Source: Squalus acanthias (Eukaryota). From it: a DNA stretch of 64,000 nt. The DNA is taken from assembly GCA_030390025.1 (NCBI GenBank), contig CM059425.1, positions 71,734,001 through 71,798,000 on the forward strand, written 5' to 3'. The number at the start of each line of letters is the position of its first letter. Within the stretch, counting starts at the first letter, position 1. A program made the position numbers and the translations under genes. Under the pieces are notes generated by a model. That model ran no database searches. It was not told where the DNA came from and saw only the letters and a program-made list of their open reading frames with translations. This document shows positions 25,982 through 36,516 of the stretch, piece after piece.

Positions 25982-26599
25982 AAGGAATAAAACACGTTGT
26001 GCAAGATTTTAGGCAGAAATGGCCCATTTACTTCCAACTACAGCAACTGCAATTTTGTAATCTGATTTAACGTCATGGTCTGTCGCTACCGTGGGGAGTT
26101 CTCAAAACACTTTTTAAATCTATGAAAATAGTAATTTGAGAATTCTGTTAAATTTCCATGGCGGAAGTGCAACCTTCGAACATTGTGCTAAACAAATAAA
26201 TCTATGAAAATCAAGCCTCAAAACCAATTGTGTAAAGACCTTTTGCAAGTGATTTGTAGGTAGACTAACATTTTTTTTTAGACAGTGAACATCATTTACA
26301 GTTTAAATTAATTCTTAGACAGAATGTATACAACACATGTACCAAACTGGATCAGTCCTGACAAAATGGTGAAAACTGCATCAAATATGTTTTGAAAAGA
26401 AGAAACCAATCTTCTCACAATTTAAAAAAAATATTGGAAGTACATCTTTGGTTTTACTCTGGCCTAATTTGTGGAGTTAAGATTTGTGGAAGAAGTGTAT
26501 TTTTTAAGAGTCCTGCTCGAGTTAATGCTCACAATCACATCCTTGTTACAGTATATTAGCTGCTCCAGTTGTCTTGTAAGCTGGTGCTTGAGGTAAAAA

Positions 26600-27040
26600 A
26601 AAAGACTTGCATTTATATAGCACCTTTCACGACCACCGGACGTCTCAAAGCGCTTTACAACCAATTAAGTACTTTTCAAGTGGAGTCACTGTTGTAATGT
26701 GGGCAGCCAATTTGTGCACAGCAAGCTCCCACAAACAGCAATGTGATAATGACCAGATAATGTTTTTGTTATGTTGGTTGAGGGATAAATATTGGCCAGG
26801 ACACCCGGGATAACCCCCCTGCTCTTCTTCGAAATAGTGCCATGGGATCTTTTATGTCCACCTGAGAGAGCAGACAGGGCCTCGGTTTAACGTCTCATCC
26901 GAAAGACGGCACCTCCGACAGTGCAGCACTCTCTCAGCACTGCACTGGAGTGTCAGCCTAGCTTTATGTGCTCAAGTCCCTGGAGTGGCACAACCTTCTG
27001 ACTCCGAGGCGAGTGTGTTAGCAACGGAGCCACAGCTGAC
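26600..27040 (-). mobile_element. Deu-type tRNA SINE, full length
   Basis: Reverse complement of 28400-28868. Confidence 0.85.
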
Positions 27041-27054
27041 ACTGGGAAGATTCT

Positions 27055-27511
27055 AATACGATAGCAAAATACCGCGGATGCTGGAAATCCGAAATAACAA
27101 CAGAAAACGCTGGAAAAACTCAGCAGGCCAGGCAGCATCCGTGGAGAGAGAAACAGAGTTAACATTTCAGGTCGAAGACCTTTCGTCAGAACTGGAAAAA
27201 AGCAGGAAATGAAATAGATTTAAAGCAACTATAATGCTGGGAAAAGGGGGAGGGGATGAAAGAACAAAAGGGAAGGTCAGTGTCTCTCAATGTCTCTTAA
27301 TCTCTCCTGCTTTCTATACTACCACTGACCTTCCCTTTTGTTCTTTCATCCCCTCCCCCTTTTCCCAGCATTATACTTGCTTTAAATCTATTTCATTTCC
27401 TGCTTTTTTCCAGTTCTGACGAAAGGTCTTCGACCTGAAACGTTAACTCTGTTTCTCTCTCCACGGATGCTGCCTGGCCTGCTGAGTTTTTCCAGCGTTT
27501 TCTGTTGTTAT
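27055..27511. mobile_element. Fold-back Penelope-like 3'-end element (family A) with two hammerhead motifs
   Basis: 189-bp inverted arms 27094-27282 and 27323-27511, 40-bp spacer. TSD ACTGG(G)AAGATTCT at 27041-27054 and 27512-27524. Confidence 0.88.
27412..27448 (+). ncRNA. Putative minimal type I hammerhead ribozyme (PLE family A); mirror copy on minus strand at 27157-27193
   Basis: AGTT-CTGACGA-A-AGGTC ttc GACCT-GAAA-CGTT-AACT: core boxes, helix II, palindromic helix III (AACGTT), helix I AGTT/AACT. Confidence 0.72.
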
Positions 27512-28399
27512 ACTGGAAGATTCTGTTTGGATTGGTCTGTGGCTGCAACTGGAGTTGTATGTAATGTATGGACATAAATTGTATGGATAAGGATGAAAAT
27601 ACCGTTGGCTAGATTAGCATATTCTGGATTTGCAGTAATTAGTTGACCATCTAACTCAATGTACAAAGAAGTTGCAAAATTTAGTAATAACTGCATGATC
27701 CATACTGCTGTGTATAGGACAAGATATCCAGGAACGTGTTATAGAGGGTGCAACAAAAATATAAGCCACAAAATGTAGAATTGCGTCATTTCTGAATGTC
27801 ATCTGAACTTTAAAGTGTTTTAGAGCCTTGAAGCTGGATGCTGCATTGGTTTTATTCTATATAAAGGTATGAATAAGACTTGTTGTTTTGTCAAGGTTGT
27901 GCTGGCTGGGATTCTGGTTGCACAGCTTAATGGAGAGTGAGAGTCAGTGGAAGCCTGAGTATCACAGCGTGGGAGTGAAGTGGTTGTCACTGTTGCATAA
28001 GTGATGTCACGTGACTCATGCTAGGGCACTGTATTTCTATTTTTGCAGCGAGACTGAAGAGTGCAGTACCTTGGATTTGATTAAAATTAACAGGTTTTTT
28101 TTGTTTTTCACATCTACTCTAGAGAATGAAGGAGAGAACATTTTTGCAAATCTCTGTTCTATGTGCTGGGCTTCACTCCATAATTCAGTGTTAAATAACA
28201 GATTAATAACAATAAAAGTCATACAAGTTTCTCTAAAATCTTGAGATGTATCCAAATGTAATAAGAAAAAAAACTTTTGTAGTGTAAGTGTATGATTAGA
28301 ATAACCCTACTTGTCATGCTTCTGCCTTTAAAGATCAGCAATTTTGTTAATGCAAGTTGTCTGCACTTTATTGTAGTTGATGTGCTGTATCGTTTTGCT

Positions 28400-28868
28400 T
28401 CAGCTGTGGCTCAGTGGGCAGCACACTCGCCTCTGAGTCAGAAGGTTGTGGGTTCAAGTCCCCACTCCAGGGACTTGAGCACATAAAGCTAGGCTGACAC
28501 TGCAGTGCAGTGCTGAGGGAGAGCTGCACTGTCGGAGGTGCCATCTTTCGGATGAGACATTAAACCGAGGTCCCGTCTGCTCTCTCAGGTGGATGTAAAA
28601 GATCCCATGGCACTATTTCGAAGAAGAGCAGGGGGGTTATCCCCGGTGTCCTGGCCAATATTTATCCCTCAACCAACATAACAAAAACAGATTATCTGGT
28701 CATTATCCCATTGCTGTTTGTGGGAGTTTGCTGTGCGCAAATTGGCTGCTGTGTTTCCCACATTACAACAGTGACTACACTCCAAAGTACTTCATTGACT
28801 GTAAAGCGCTTGGAGACGTCCAGTGGTTGTGAAAGGCGCTATATAAATGCAAGTCTTTCTTTTTCTTT
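28400..28868 (+). mobile_element. Deu-type tRNA SINE, full length
   Basis: A/B boxes, shared core, tail aaggcgctatataaatgcaagtctttcttt. Confidence 0.85.
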
Positions 28869-28959
28869 CACCCTTGATAAGCATCATAATCTACATCTTT
28901 ATATGTGCGGCTTAAGAATGTTCCTTTCTGATGGTTTCAACCCTCGCTTGCACCATTAC

Positions 28960-30347
28960 ATCGAATCTACAGCACAGCAACAGGCCATTCGGCCTAACTG
29001 GTCTATGTCAGTATCTATACTCCACGCAAGCCTCCTCCCTCTCTAATGACCTCTTCCCACCCTGCCCCCATATCCCTCTATTCCTTTCTCCCTCATGTAT
29101 GCATCAAGCCTGCCCTTAAATGCATGAATGCTGTGTGCTTCAACCACTCCATTTGTCATGATGCGGAGATGCCGGTGTTGGACTGGGGTGGACAAAAATG
29201 AGAAGTCGCACAACACCAGGTTATAGTCCAACAGTTTTATTTGAAATCACAAGCTTCCGAAAGCAACCGAAAGCTTGTGATTTCAAATAAAACTGTTGGA
29301 CTATAACCTGGTGTTGTGCGACTTCTCATTTTTGTCCATTTGTCAGTGAGTTCCACATTCCCACCACACTCTTCTTTAATGTGTAAAGAAATTCCTCCTC
29401 AATTCTTTATTTGATCTATTATTAGCTATCTATATTAATGCCCCCTTGATTTGGGCTCACCAACAAGTGGAAACAGTATCTCCATGTCCACCCTATTGAA
29501 TGCCTTCATAATTTTAAGGGCTTTTATCACGTCTCCTCGGTCTTCTCTTTTCCAGAGAAAAGAGCCCCAGTTAGCCTAATCTTTCCTGATTGTTGCATCC
29601 TCTCAATTCTGCTAACATCCTTGTAAATCTTTTTCTGCACCTTCTCCAGTGCCTCTATATCGTTTTTAGAATATGGAGACCAGAACTGCACACTGTACTC
29701 CAAGTGTGGTCTAACCAAGTTTCTATATAAATTTAACATTATCTCCCTGCTTTTGTATTCTATTCCTCTAGAAATAAACTCCAGTATTTTATTTGCACGC
29801 TTTATGGCCTTATCAACTTGTGTTGCTACTTTTAGTGATTTACGTATCTGTCTTCCCAAATCTCTTTGCTCCTCTACTCCATTTAGTTTCTTACTTTCCA
29901 AATAATAAGTGATCTTCTTATTCCTCCTACCAATGAACCATCTCACATTCAGCTATATTAAATTTAATTTGCCATTTATCCACCCACTCTGCAAACTTGT
30001 TTGTGTTCCTGTATTTTGGTGCAGTAATCCACGTTATTAGCCATACGCCCCAATTTGGTATCATCTACAAATTTCAACATCAACCTCCAATTCCTGAATC
30101 CAAGTCATTTATGTAAATGGTAAGCAACTGTGGTCCCAGCACGGATCCCTGCAGGACAGGCTGAGAAACTTCCTTTAACTCTTACCCTCTGTTTTCTGTT
30201 TTGTAGATACCTTTCAGTCTATACTGCTACCTGGCTCCTGACTTCACATGCCCTGATCTTTATCACAAATCTCTTATGTGGCTCCTTATAGAAGGCCTTC
30301 TGAAAGTCCATGTATACCACATTCACTGCATTGTCCTCGTCTACTCT
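28960..30347 (-). mobile_element. CR1 LINE, 5'-truncated, interrupted at 29159-29334
   Basis: ORF 29527..29946 (LVRPHLEYSVQFWSP). CR1 3' UTR near 28960-29150. Confidence 0.9.
29159..29334. mobile_element. Fold-back Penelope-like 3'-end element (family B)
   Basis: Inverted arms centred near 29265. TSD TCCATTTGTCA at 29148-29158 and 29335-29345. Confidence 0.85.
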
Positions 30348-30359
30348 TTAACTGAGCTC

Positions 30360-30740
30360 TGCTGAGGACACCTGGCCAGCAAACTGGACAGATGTGGATA
30401 GGATTACTCTGACTGCTTTCCTACAGGACTAGAGTGCTGGTCAAAAACCAACTGGTGGCTGAACAGTCCCTTTGATCCCCTCCCCCCCCGCCCGCCCCTC
30501 AATCTGTCGCCAAGAGCCAGAGGAACCTCATTGACTTCTTCTGGAACAAAAGGGGGTACTGCATCTCTGCTGCAGTTCGGAGTCTTCTGCTTAGGCAGGG
30601 CAGTCAGGCGATGGTGTGCATTCGCACCCAGTGTGCGACTTTTCACCTTCAAATCCTGCAGAGATACACGCACGTGGAAGTTCCTCCAAAGTGGCGTGCG
30701 CTGGCGACAATTTTCTTCCGCCAGAAGGTGTGCACAAGTG
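30360..30740 (+). mobile_element. Tx1/L1-clade LINE ORF2 fragment
   Basis: Translates ...QRNLIDFFWNKRGYCISAAVRSLLLRQGSQAMVCIRTQCATFHLQILQRY..., resembling the post-RT region of Tx1 (xFFW...LP..GG.GL). Confidence 0.6.
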
Positions 30741-30744
30741 GTAG

Positions 30745-31230
30745 TCCTTGAGTATTGTGTTCAATTTTGGTTTCTATTCAATAGCAAGGATATCAAGGCT
30801 GTGCAGAAAAAGGCAACCAAACTGACACCTAATTTATTGAATCTGCGCTATAAAGAGAAGTTGGAAGAGTCTGGGATTGTTTAATCTAGAGAAAAGAAGA
30901 CTTATATAAGTATTCAAGATTCTTAAGGGAATAGATAAATTGAACCCCATAATATATATGAAATTACTTCAAAGTCTGGACTGGGGACCATAGGCACAAA
31001 CTTTTAAAGAGGGAAGGTGTACAGACAGTTTAGATTTATTTACAGTATGCAAAGGGTAGTTAACTTGTGGAATGGACTGGCCAGGGAGGCAATGGAAACA
31101 GATAGTGTAAAAAAAAATGAATTGAGAATGGGAAAGATATTTGAGGGGCGGGGTGATTGAGAGGTATTAGTTTGAGGGACTGGCCAGATAGCGTGCAGAA
31201 TCTTTTCTGGTCCAATTGTTTCCTATGTTA
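30745..31230 (+). mobile_element. Old CR1 3' fragment
   Basis: LEYCVQFW...AVQKKATK...YKEKLEE, followed by a degenerate CR1 3' region. Confidence 0.7.
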
Positions 31231-31362
31231 ATTTTCAGTTATCATAGAAGGTGTTTATGGCTGTTATTTCCCTTAAGACAGTCAGACAAACTACTTACTG
31301 CAGTTTCTAGCCCAAGGTAAATTTTCTAACATTTGAACAAACTTAAAATGTAACTTAAAAGT

Positions 31363-31525
31363 ATCAGCCTTGGCTCATTAGGAAGCACTCTCACCTCTAC
31401 GTCAGAATGCTGTGGGTTCAAGCCCCACTTCAGAGATTGAGCACATAATCTAGGCTAACACTCCAGTGTAGTACTGAGAGTGCTGCACTGTCGGAGGTGC
31501 CATCTTTTGGATGGGACATTAAACC
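31363..31525 (+). mobile_element. Deu-type SINE 5' fragment
   Basis: tRNA-like head and start of the core, matching the 28400 copy. Confidence 0.75.
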
Positions 31526-33001
31526 TTTCATAAGTATGGATTCCCTGACTTGCAAATGTTGATTTGAATCTCTTCTCTGACTTGCATACAACTAAACCCT
31601 ACCCAGCCACTATTCACAATCAATCATTTTTACTAGTAGTTGTTACAGTTCAGGCTTTTTTCCAACACTTTTAACTTGTGTTCACAAAAAAAGGATATGC
31701 TGATAGGATTAGATAAAGAGGGGTGGGATGAGGCTTGTGTGGAACATAAACGCCAGCATAGACCAGTGCTGTAGACGCAATGTAACTCAATGTAAAAAGG
31801 GCAGCTTTCAGAAGTAGTACAAGGGGATGAATTTCCGTGGGGGTTCTCCTGCTGGTCCACTGTAACTACTATTTTACTACAGTGTACTGCTGTGATGTAA
31901 GATATGGGCCATTGGGTTGTTTGTGTGTGAGTCACAGTACCCGGTTATTTCGTGTAGCTGTTTTCAGTCTGTTTATGCACGGGTGGTTGAGATTCCTTTA
32001 TTGCCATGGAATGGGAAAGGAAAGAGCCCCCAATCCCATATTACAGCAATTAACATCTACGGGGAAATTTGAGGAGTGACAGTTTTAATCAATGATTGCT
32101 TCCAGTTTCGGGGTGGCTATCAGCCAGGTGCATCTGAGAGCACAAAATTCAGCTGTTTCTGGAAACCATATTTTTGTGCACTTTAAAAAAAAAAGTTTGA
32201 TGATTTAACAATGATGATTTTTATTTCCAGTAGAAGAAAATCAACTTTGACAGGTTCAATAAAGCAATACAGGCCAAAAATTACTCTTGGCGACAAAAGT
32301 GGATGATATTCATATTGATATTCATCTATTCTTTTAATTCTGTTATCTTATTTATTTTGACTTTACCCTATAAAGTTGTATTGAAGTCTGTACAACTAGC
32401 TTTATGTTCACATTTTAAATATTTATCACATTTTAAATATTTATCACCCTCCGTGAAGAGATTTTTTTTTGGCTTGAAAGGTAGGCTTCAGAATGCCTGA
32501 AATGCATAAAAGAAAGTGTCAACAACCAAAACTTTCTTGGGGGTAAGCTCCCAAATTTCCCTAGAAAAATCTCACGTTTTCCAGCACCCATATGCCCATT
32601 TAGGAATATCTAGATTCACCATTGCAGCAAAATGCTCTTTAATGTACTTCAGGATTTCCCCCCCCCCCCCGCTATAATAAATGTGCTCAAATGCAGTTCC
32701 CACCACTTATGCCGTTCCTGCTTATCCCGGACAGCTGCCTATATCGGGCAAACGGTACTAACAATTTGCCATCACCATAGGCATCAATTACAAAGGTGCC
32801 GTTTAATCCATATTAAGGATGTTGGTTATTATGGGCAGTTCAAGCAGCTGTTCCACATCCTGGTTATTCCCTATTTATCGTCACAAATTAAAATGAACAC
32901 ATTATAAACTTTTCAGTGACAAAGGTGAGAGATCGGACTCGGACCGTTCAACTCACCCTCTGACTGTAATCGGAAAAGGTTGCTCTGGACCCTGACCCTG
33001 A

Positions 33002-33208
33002 CTTATTGACCTCTTCTGATCTTTGCTCTGGACCCCGACTTGTTGACCTTCGCTAGTCCTTGCTCCGGACCCGGGCCCCAACACTTGTTGACCTTCTCTG
33101 GTCCTTGCTCCGGACCCGGGCCCCAACACTTGTTGACCTCCTCTGGTCCTTGCTCCAGACCCGGGCCCCAACACTTGTTGACCTCCTCTGGTCTTTGATC
33201 TGGACCCC
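33002..33208. repeat. 45-bp minisatellite (~4.5 copies)
   Basis: Unit CTTGTTGACCTCCTCTGGTCCTTGCTCCGGACCCGGGCCCCAACA, with degenerate outer copies. Confidence 0.9.
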
Positions 33209-33451
33209 AACCCCACGCTTTCACACAGGTTTGACTACAGCATCCACTGCCTATAGCCAGCAAATTGTGTTGACATCAAAGCACCCGCTATGAGCGGTGG
33301 GAATTGTATTGGGTCTAGCTGTGGCACCACCTACCCTTGTATCACCACTTTCAGTGCAGCTCCTCATCTTTATGTGTTATAAGTCCTAAAAGCGGTCAGC
33401 TCTTGTGAAGCTATTGGCCAGTTTTTAACAGGTTTCTAGGTTGGCTTGCAT

Positions 33452-33701
33452 TTTTAAAAAATCATTCACGGGATGTGGGCGTCGCTGGCAAGGCCAGCAT
33501 TTATTAACCATCCCTAATTGCCCTTGAGAAGGTGGTGGTGAGCTGCCTTCTTGAACCGCTGCAGTCCGCGTGGAGAAGGTACTCCCATAGTGCTGTTAGG
33601 GAGGGAGTTCCAGGATTTTGACCCAGCGACAATGAAGGAACAGCGATATATTTCCAAGTTAGGATGGTGTGTGACTTGGAGGGGAACTTGGAGGTAGTGG
33701 T
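33452..33701 (-). mobile_element. 3' end of LINE family seen at 46728-49582
   Basis: Reverse complement of 49330-49580. Confidence 0.85.
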
Positions 33702-34226
33702 GAGCCACCAACTACAGACAAGGCAATTTGGTCAGTATATCTGTCTCTTGAGGCCACTTGTTGAAGACACTTTGTCTGCCTGTTGGTTGATATTGACATC
33801 CTGAAGCAATTGAGAGAGCAATTTAGAATTATTGTGCACAAAAAGCTTATTTTCCAATACCAAAAATATAATGAGGCAGCTTCCATCTGGTCTCCTGCTC
33901 CCATCAGCTCAGGATCTCTGGGCTGCCTTGCCAGGAGGAGCATTCAAGCTTCATGATCCTGACATAATCTCCGGGTAGTGAGACTTTGGTGAAAGCTGTC
34001 GGGAAATGAATATGTGCTGCATGGCCCAAATTGTCTGTCTCCCCTGGAACACATCTACAACTAAGGTACTCCATAGTGAAGCAGAGATGTGAAAGGGATG
34101 CTACCATTTTCCTGTATCTTATATCTTTCAGCAGGAGAGTCCAAACTTTCTGTCTTCATTGACTATTTAGTTGAGTTCTAGGAAGCCTCATGGGTCAAGT
34201 AAAGTTTGACCCATGAGGTCAAGTAA

Positions 34227-34343
34227 ATTTCCCACATTACAACAGTAACTACACTCCAAAAGTACTTCATTGGCTGTAATGCGCTTTGAGACGTCCGGTG
34301 GCCATGAAAGGCGCGATATAAATGCAAGTCTTTCTTTCTTTTT
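34227..34343 (+). mobile_element. Deu-type SINE 3' fragment
   Basis: Matches the tail of 28400-28868. Confidence 0.75.
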
Positions 34344-35183
34344 TAAATGAATGCTCCCGTTAACTTGCATATATCTTAAGCTGCCAGTGCAAACAGATCT
34401 CAGTATCCAAATTATCCACCAATGAAAACAGTGCTGAGCATGCAAGATCAAACAGGAAAAACCAGTGGAGTAAGAAATACAAACGCAAATAGAAAGTGAG
34501 TTGCAGAGGCTTCATGGACCAGAGACCCAGGGATTTCGGGCTGCATCTGGTCTGTGGGCCATAGCTTGGGCACCGGAGCCGTTCAGCCTGAATGCTTCTC
34601 TGGATGGTAATCTGTTTTTATACTAAATAAAAACAAAGCACTGCAATCCTGTTAGTGCAGTTGAAAATATTCAAGTGTCAAATAGTGCAATTAATGGATG
34701 CTGTGGCACAGAGTTGCACGATATGGTCAGAATCTAGAGGTTTCTGTGTGAGAAGTTCCTCATCTTAGTCAGGTTGCTGAAGGGGTGGAAGGAGGAAAGG
34801 CAGCGAAGGGCTAGGTTTTCACCATGGGGGAAGAGAGGGATAGTAGGCAAGTAAGTAATTATGGGCCCCACTGGCAAATCTCCTGATGATATCTCCGGCA
34901 TCAGCAGAAACTTGGAAAGATGTCCCTATCTATGCTCTCAGGTATTAAATGCAGCATGGTGTAGGGACTGAAAGGAGGGCAGATTAATGGGGCAAATTAA
35001 GCTGTTTTTACAATGTTCATTGTAATTTGCCACCTGTTTAATAATTAACTACACTTCTGTTGTTAAAGCCACTATATGTAATTTAATGTTGACCAATAAT
35101 TGATTGTTATTCCCTCACAAAGATAATGCTGAAATGTATGGGGGGGAAAAAAAAAATCTGAATTTTAAAGTCCTGTAGCAATC

Positions 35184-35641
35184 AGAAAGACTTGCATTTA
35201 TATAGCGCCTTTCACGACCACCGGATGTCTCAAAGCGCTTTACAGCCAATGAAGTACTTCTGGAGTGTAGTCACTGTTGTAATGTGGGTAACGCGGCAGC
35301 CAATTTGCACACAGCAAGCTCCCACAAACAGCAATGGGATAATGACCAGATAATCTGTTTTTATTATGTTGATTGAGGGATAAATATTGGCCAGGACACC
35401 GGGGATAGCTCCCCTGCTTCGAAATAGTGCCATGGGATCTTTTACATCCACCTGAGAATGCAGACGGGGCCTCGGTTTAACATCTCATCCAAAAGATGGC
35501 ACCTCCGACAGTACAGCACTCCCTCAGTACTGCACTGGAGTGTCAGCCTAGTTTTATGTGCTCAAGTCCCTGGAGTGGGGCTTGAACCCACAACCTTCTG
35601 ACTCAGAGGCAAGTGTGCTACCCACTGAGCCACAGCTGACA
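35184..35641 (-). mobile_element. Deu-type tRNA SINE, full length
   Basis: Reverse complement of 28400-28868. Confidence 0.87.
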
Positions 35642-35758
35642 CTCAGGGAAAGCAGTTGAGAAAAAGAATTGCTTTTAGGAAAGTTGCCAACTGATTAATG
35701 ATGGTGTCTGGTTGTAAGAATGTTTACTCTGATCTGTGCACTGGCTAGGAATCATGAT

Positions 35759-36516
35759 GGGCCAGAAATTCGGGTCTCCACGGGTGAGTACGCGCTGTGT
35801 ACTCACCCGTAGACCCAATGAAAGTGCCAGTTTCGCGCATGCACTGCGCATGCGCTGGAAACCGGAACTTCCGTTCCCTTGAAGGAAGGAGGTCAAACGC
35901 GTGCGCCGGAGAGACAGTGCGCACGCATCGGACTTCCGTTTTTTTCCCAGGTTTCTGTGTGAGGGTAAGTCCCCAGCAGCTGCGCGGGGAAAAAGCAGGC
36001 GCAAGGCCTGCTTTTAACAAGGTAAGTGGTGAATTAACTAAAATTAAAACATTTTTACCACAGGTTTATTATTTTTAAATACTTTAAAGAAAGGTATGTT
36101 TATTTTTAGCCCCTGTTAAAAACTGTAATTAATTTTTTCAAAAATTTAAATTATTGTTTAAAATAGTTATTTTGTGTAATTTATAGTTATTTTAAAAATG
36201 TGATTTAAAAAAAAAAATTATTTGAAGTTTTAGTGAGGTTTTGGGGCCGATCTTTATTCATAGATTTGACAGGTCTTCCTGTCAAATCTATGAATGGAGA
36301 TTCCCTGCTCCGATTGGCTCTCCATGGCCCACGTGATCCATGGGGACGCTTCGAACTAACTGCGCCCCTGGGATGCGCAAGCACTGCGTGCCAGCAGCTG
36401 GAGGAGGCCCAGGATTGGAATTCCACGCGGGCCCAGAGCACAACGGCAGGCGCGCTAGGTAAGCGCAGGTTGGGGGCTTGCACCCGTGGGAAGCCTCCAA
36501 CCCGAATTTCTGGCCC
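35759..36516. mobile_element. MITE, PIF/Harbinger-type ends
   Basis: Perfect 16-bp TIR GGGCCAGAAATTCGGG / CCCGAATTTCTGGCCC, AT-rich centre, internal hairpin. Confidence 0.82.

Noticed and set aside
28400-28470. tRNA gene-like A/B boxes (also at 6075, 31365, 35580, 63630)
   Set aside because: These are SINE heads followed by a shared SINE body, with no full cloverleaf.
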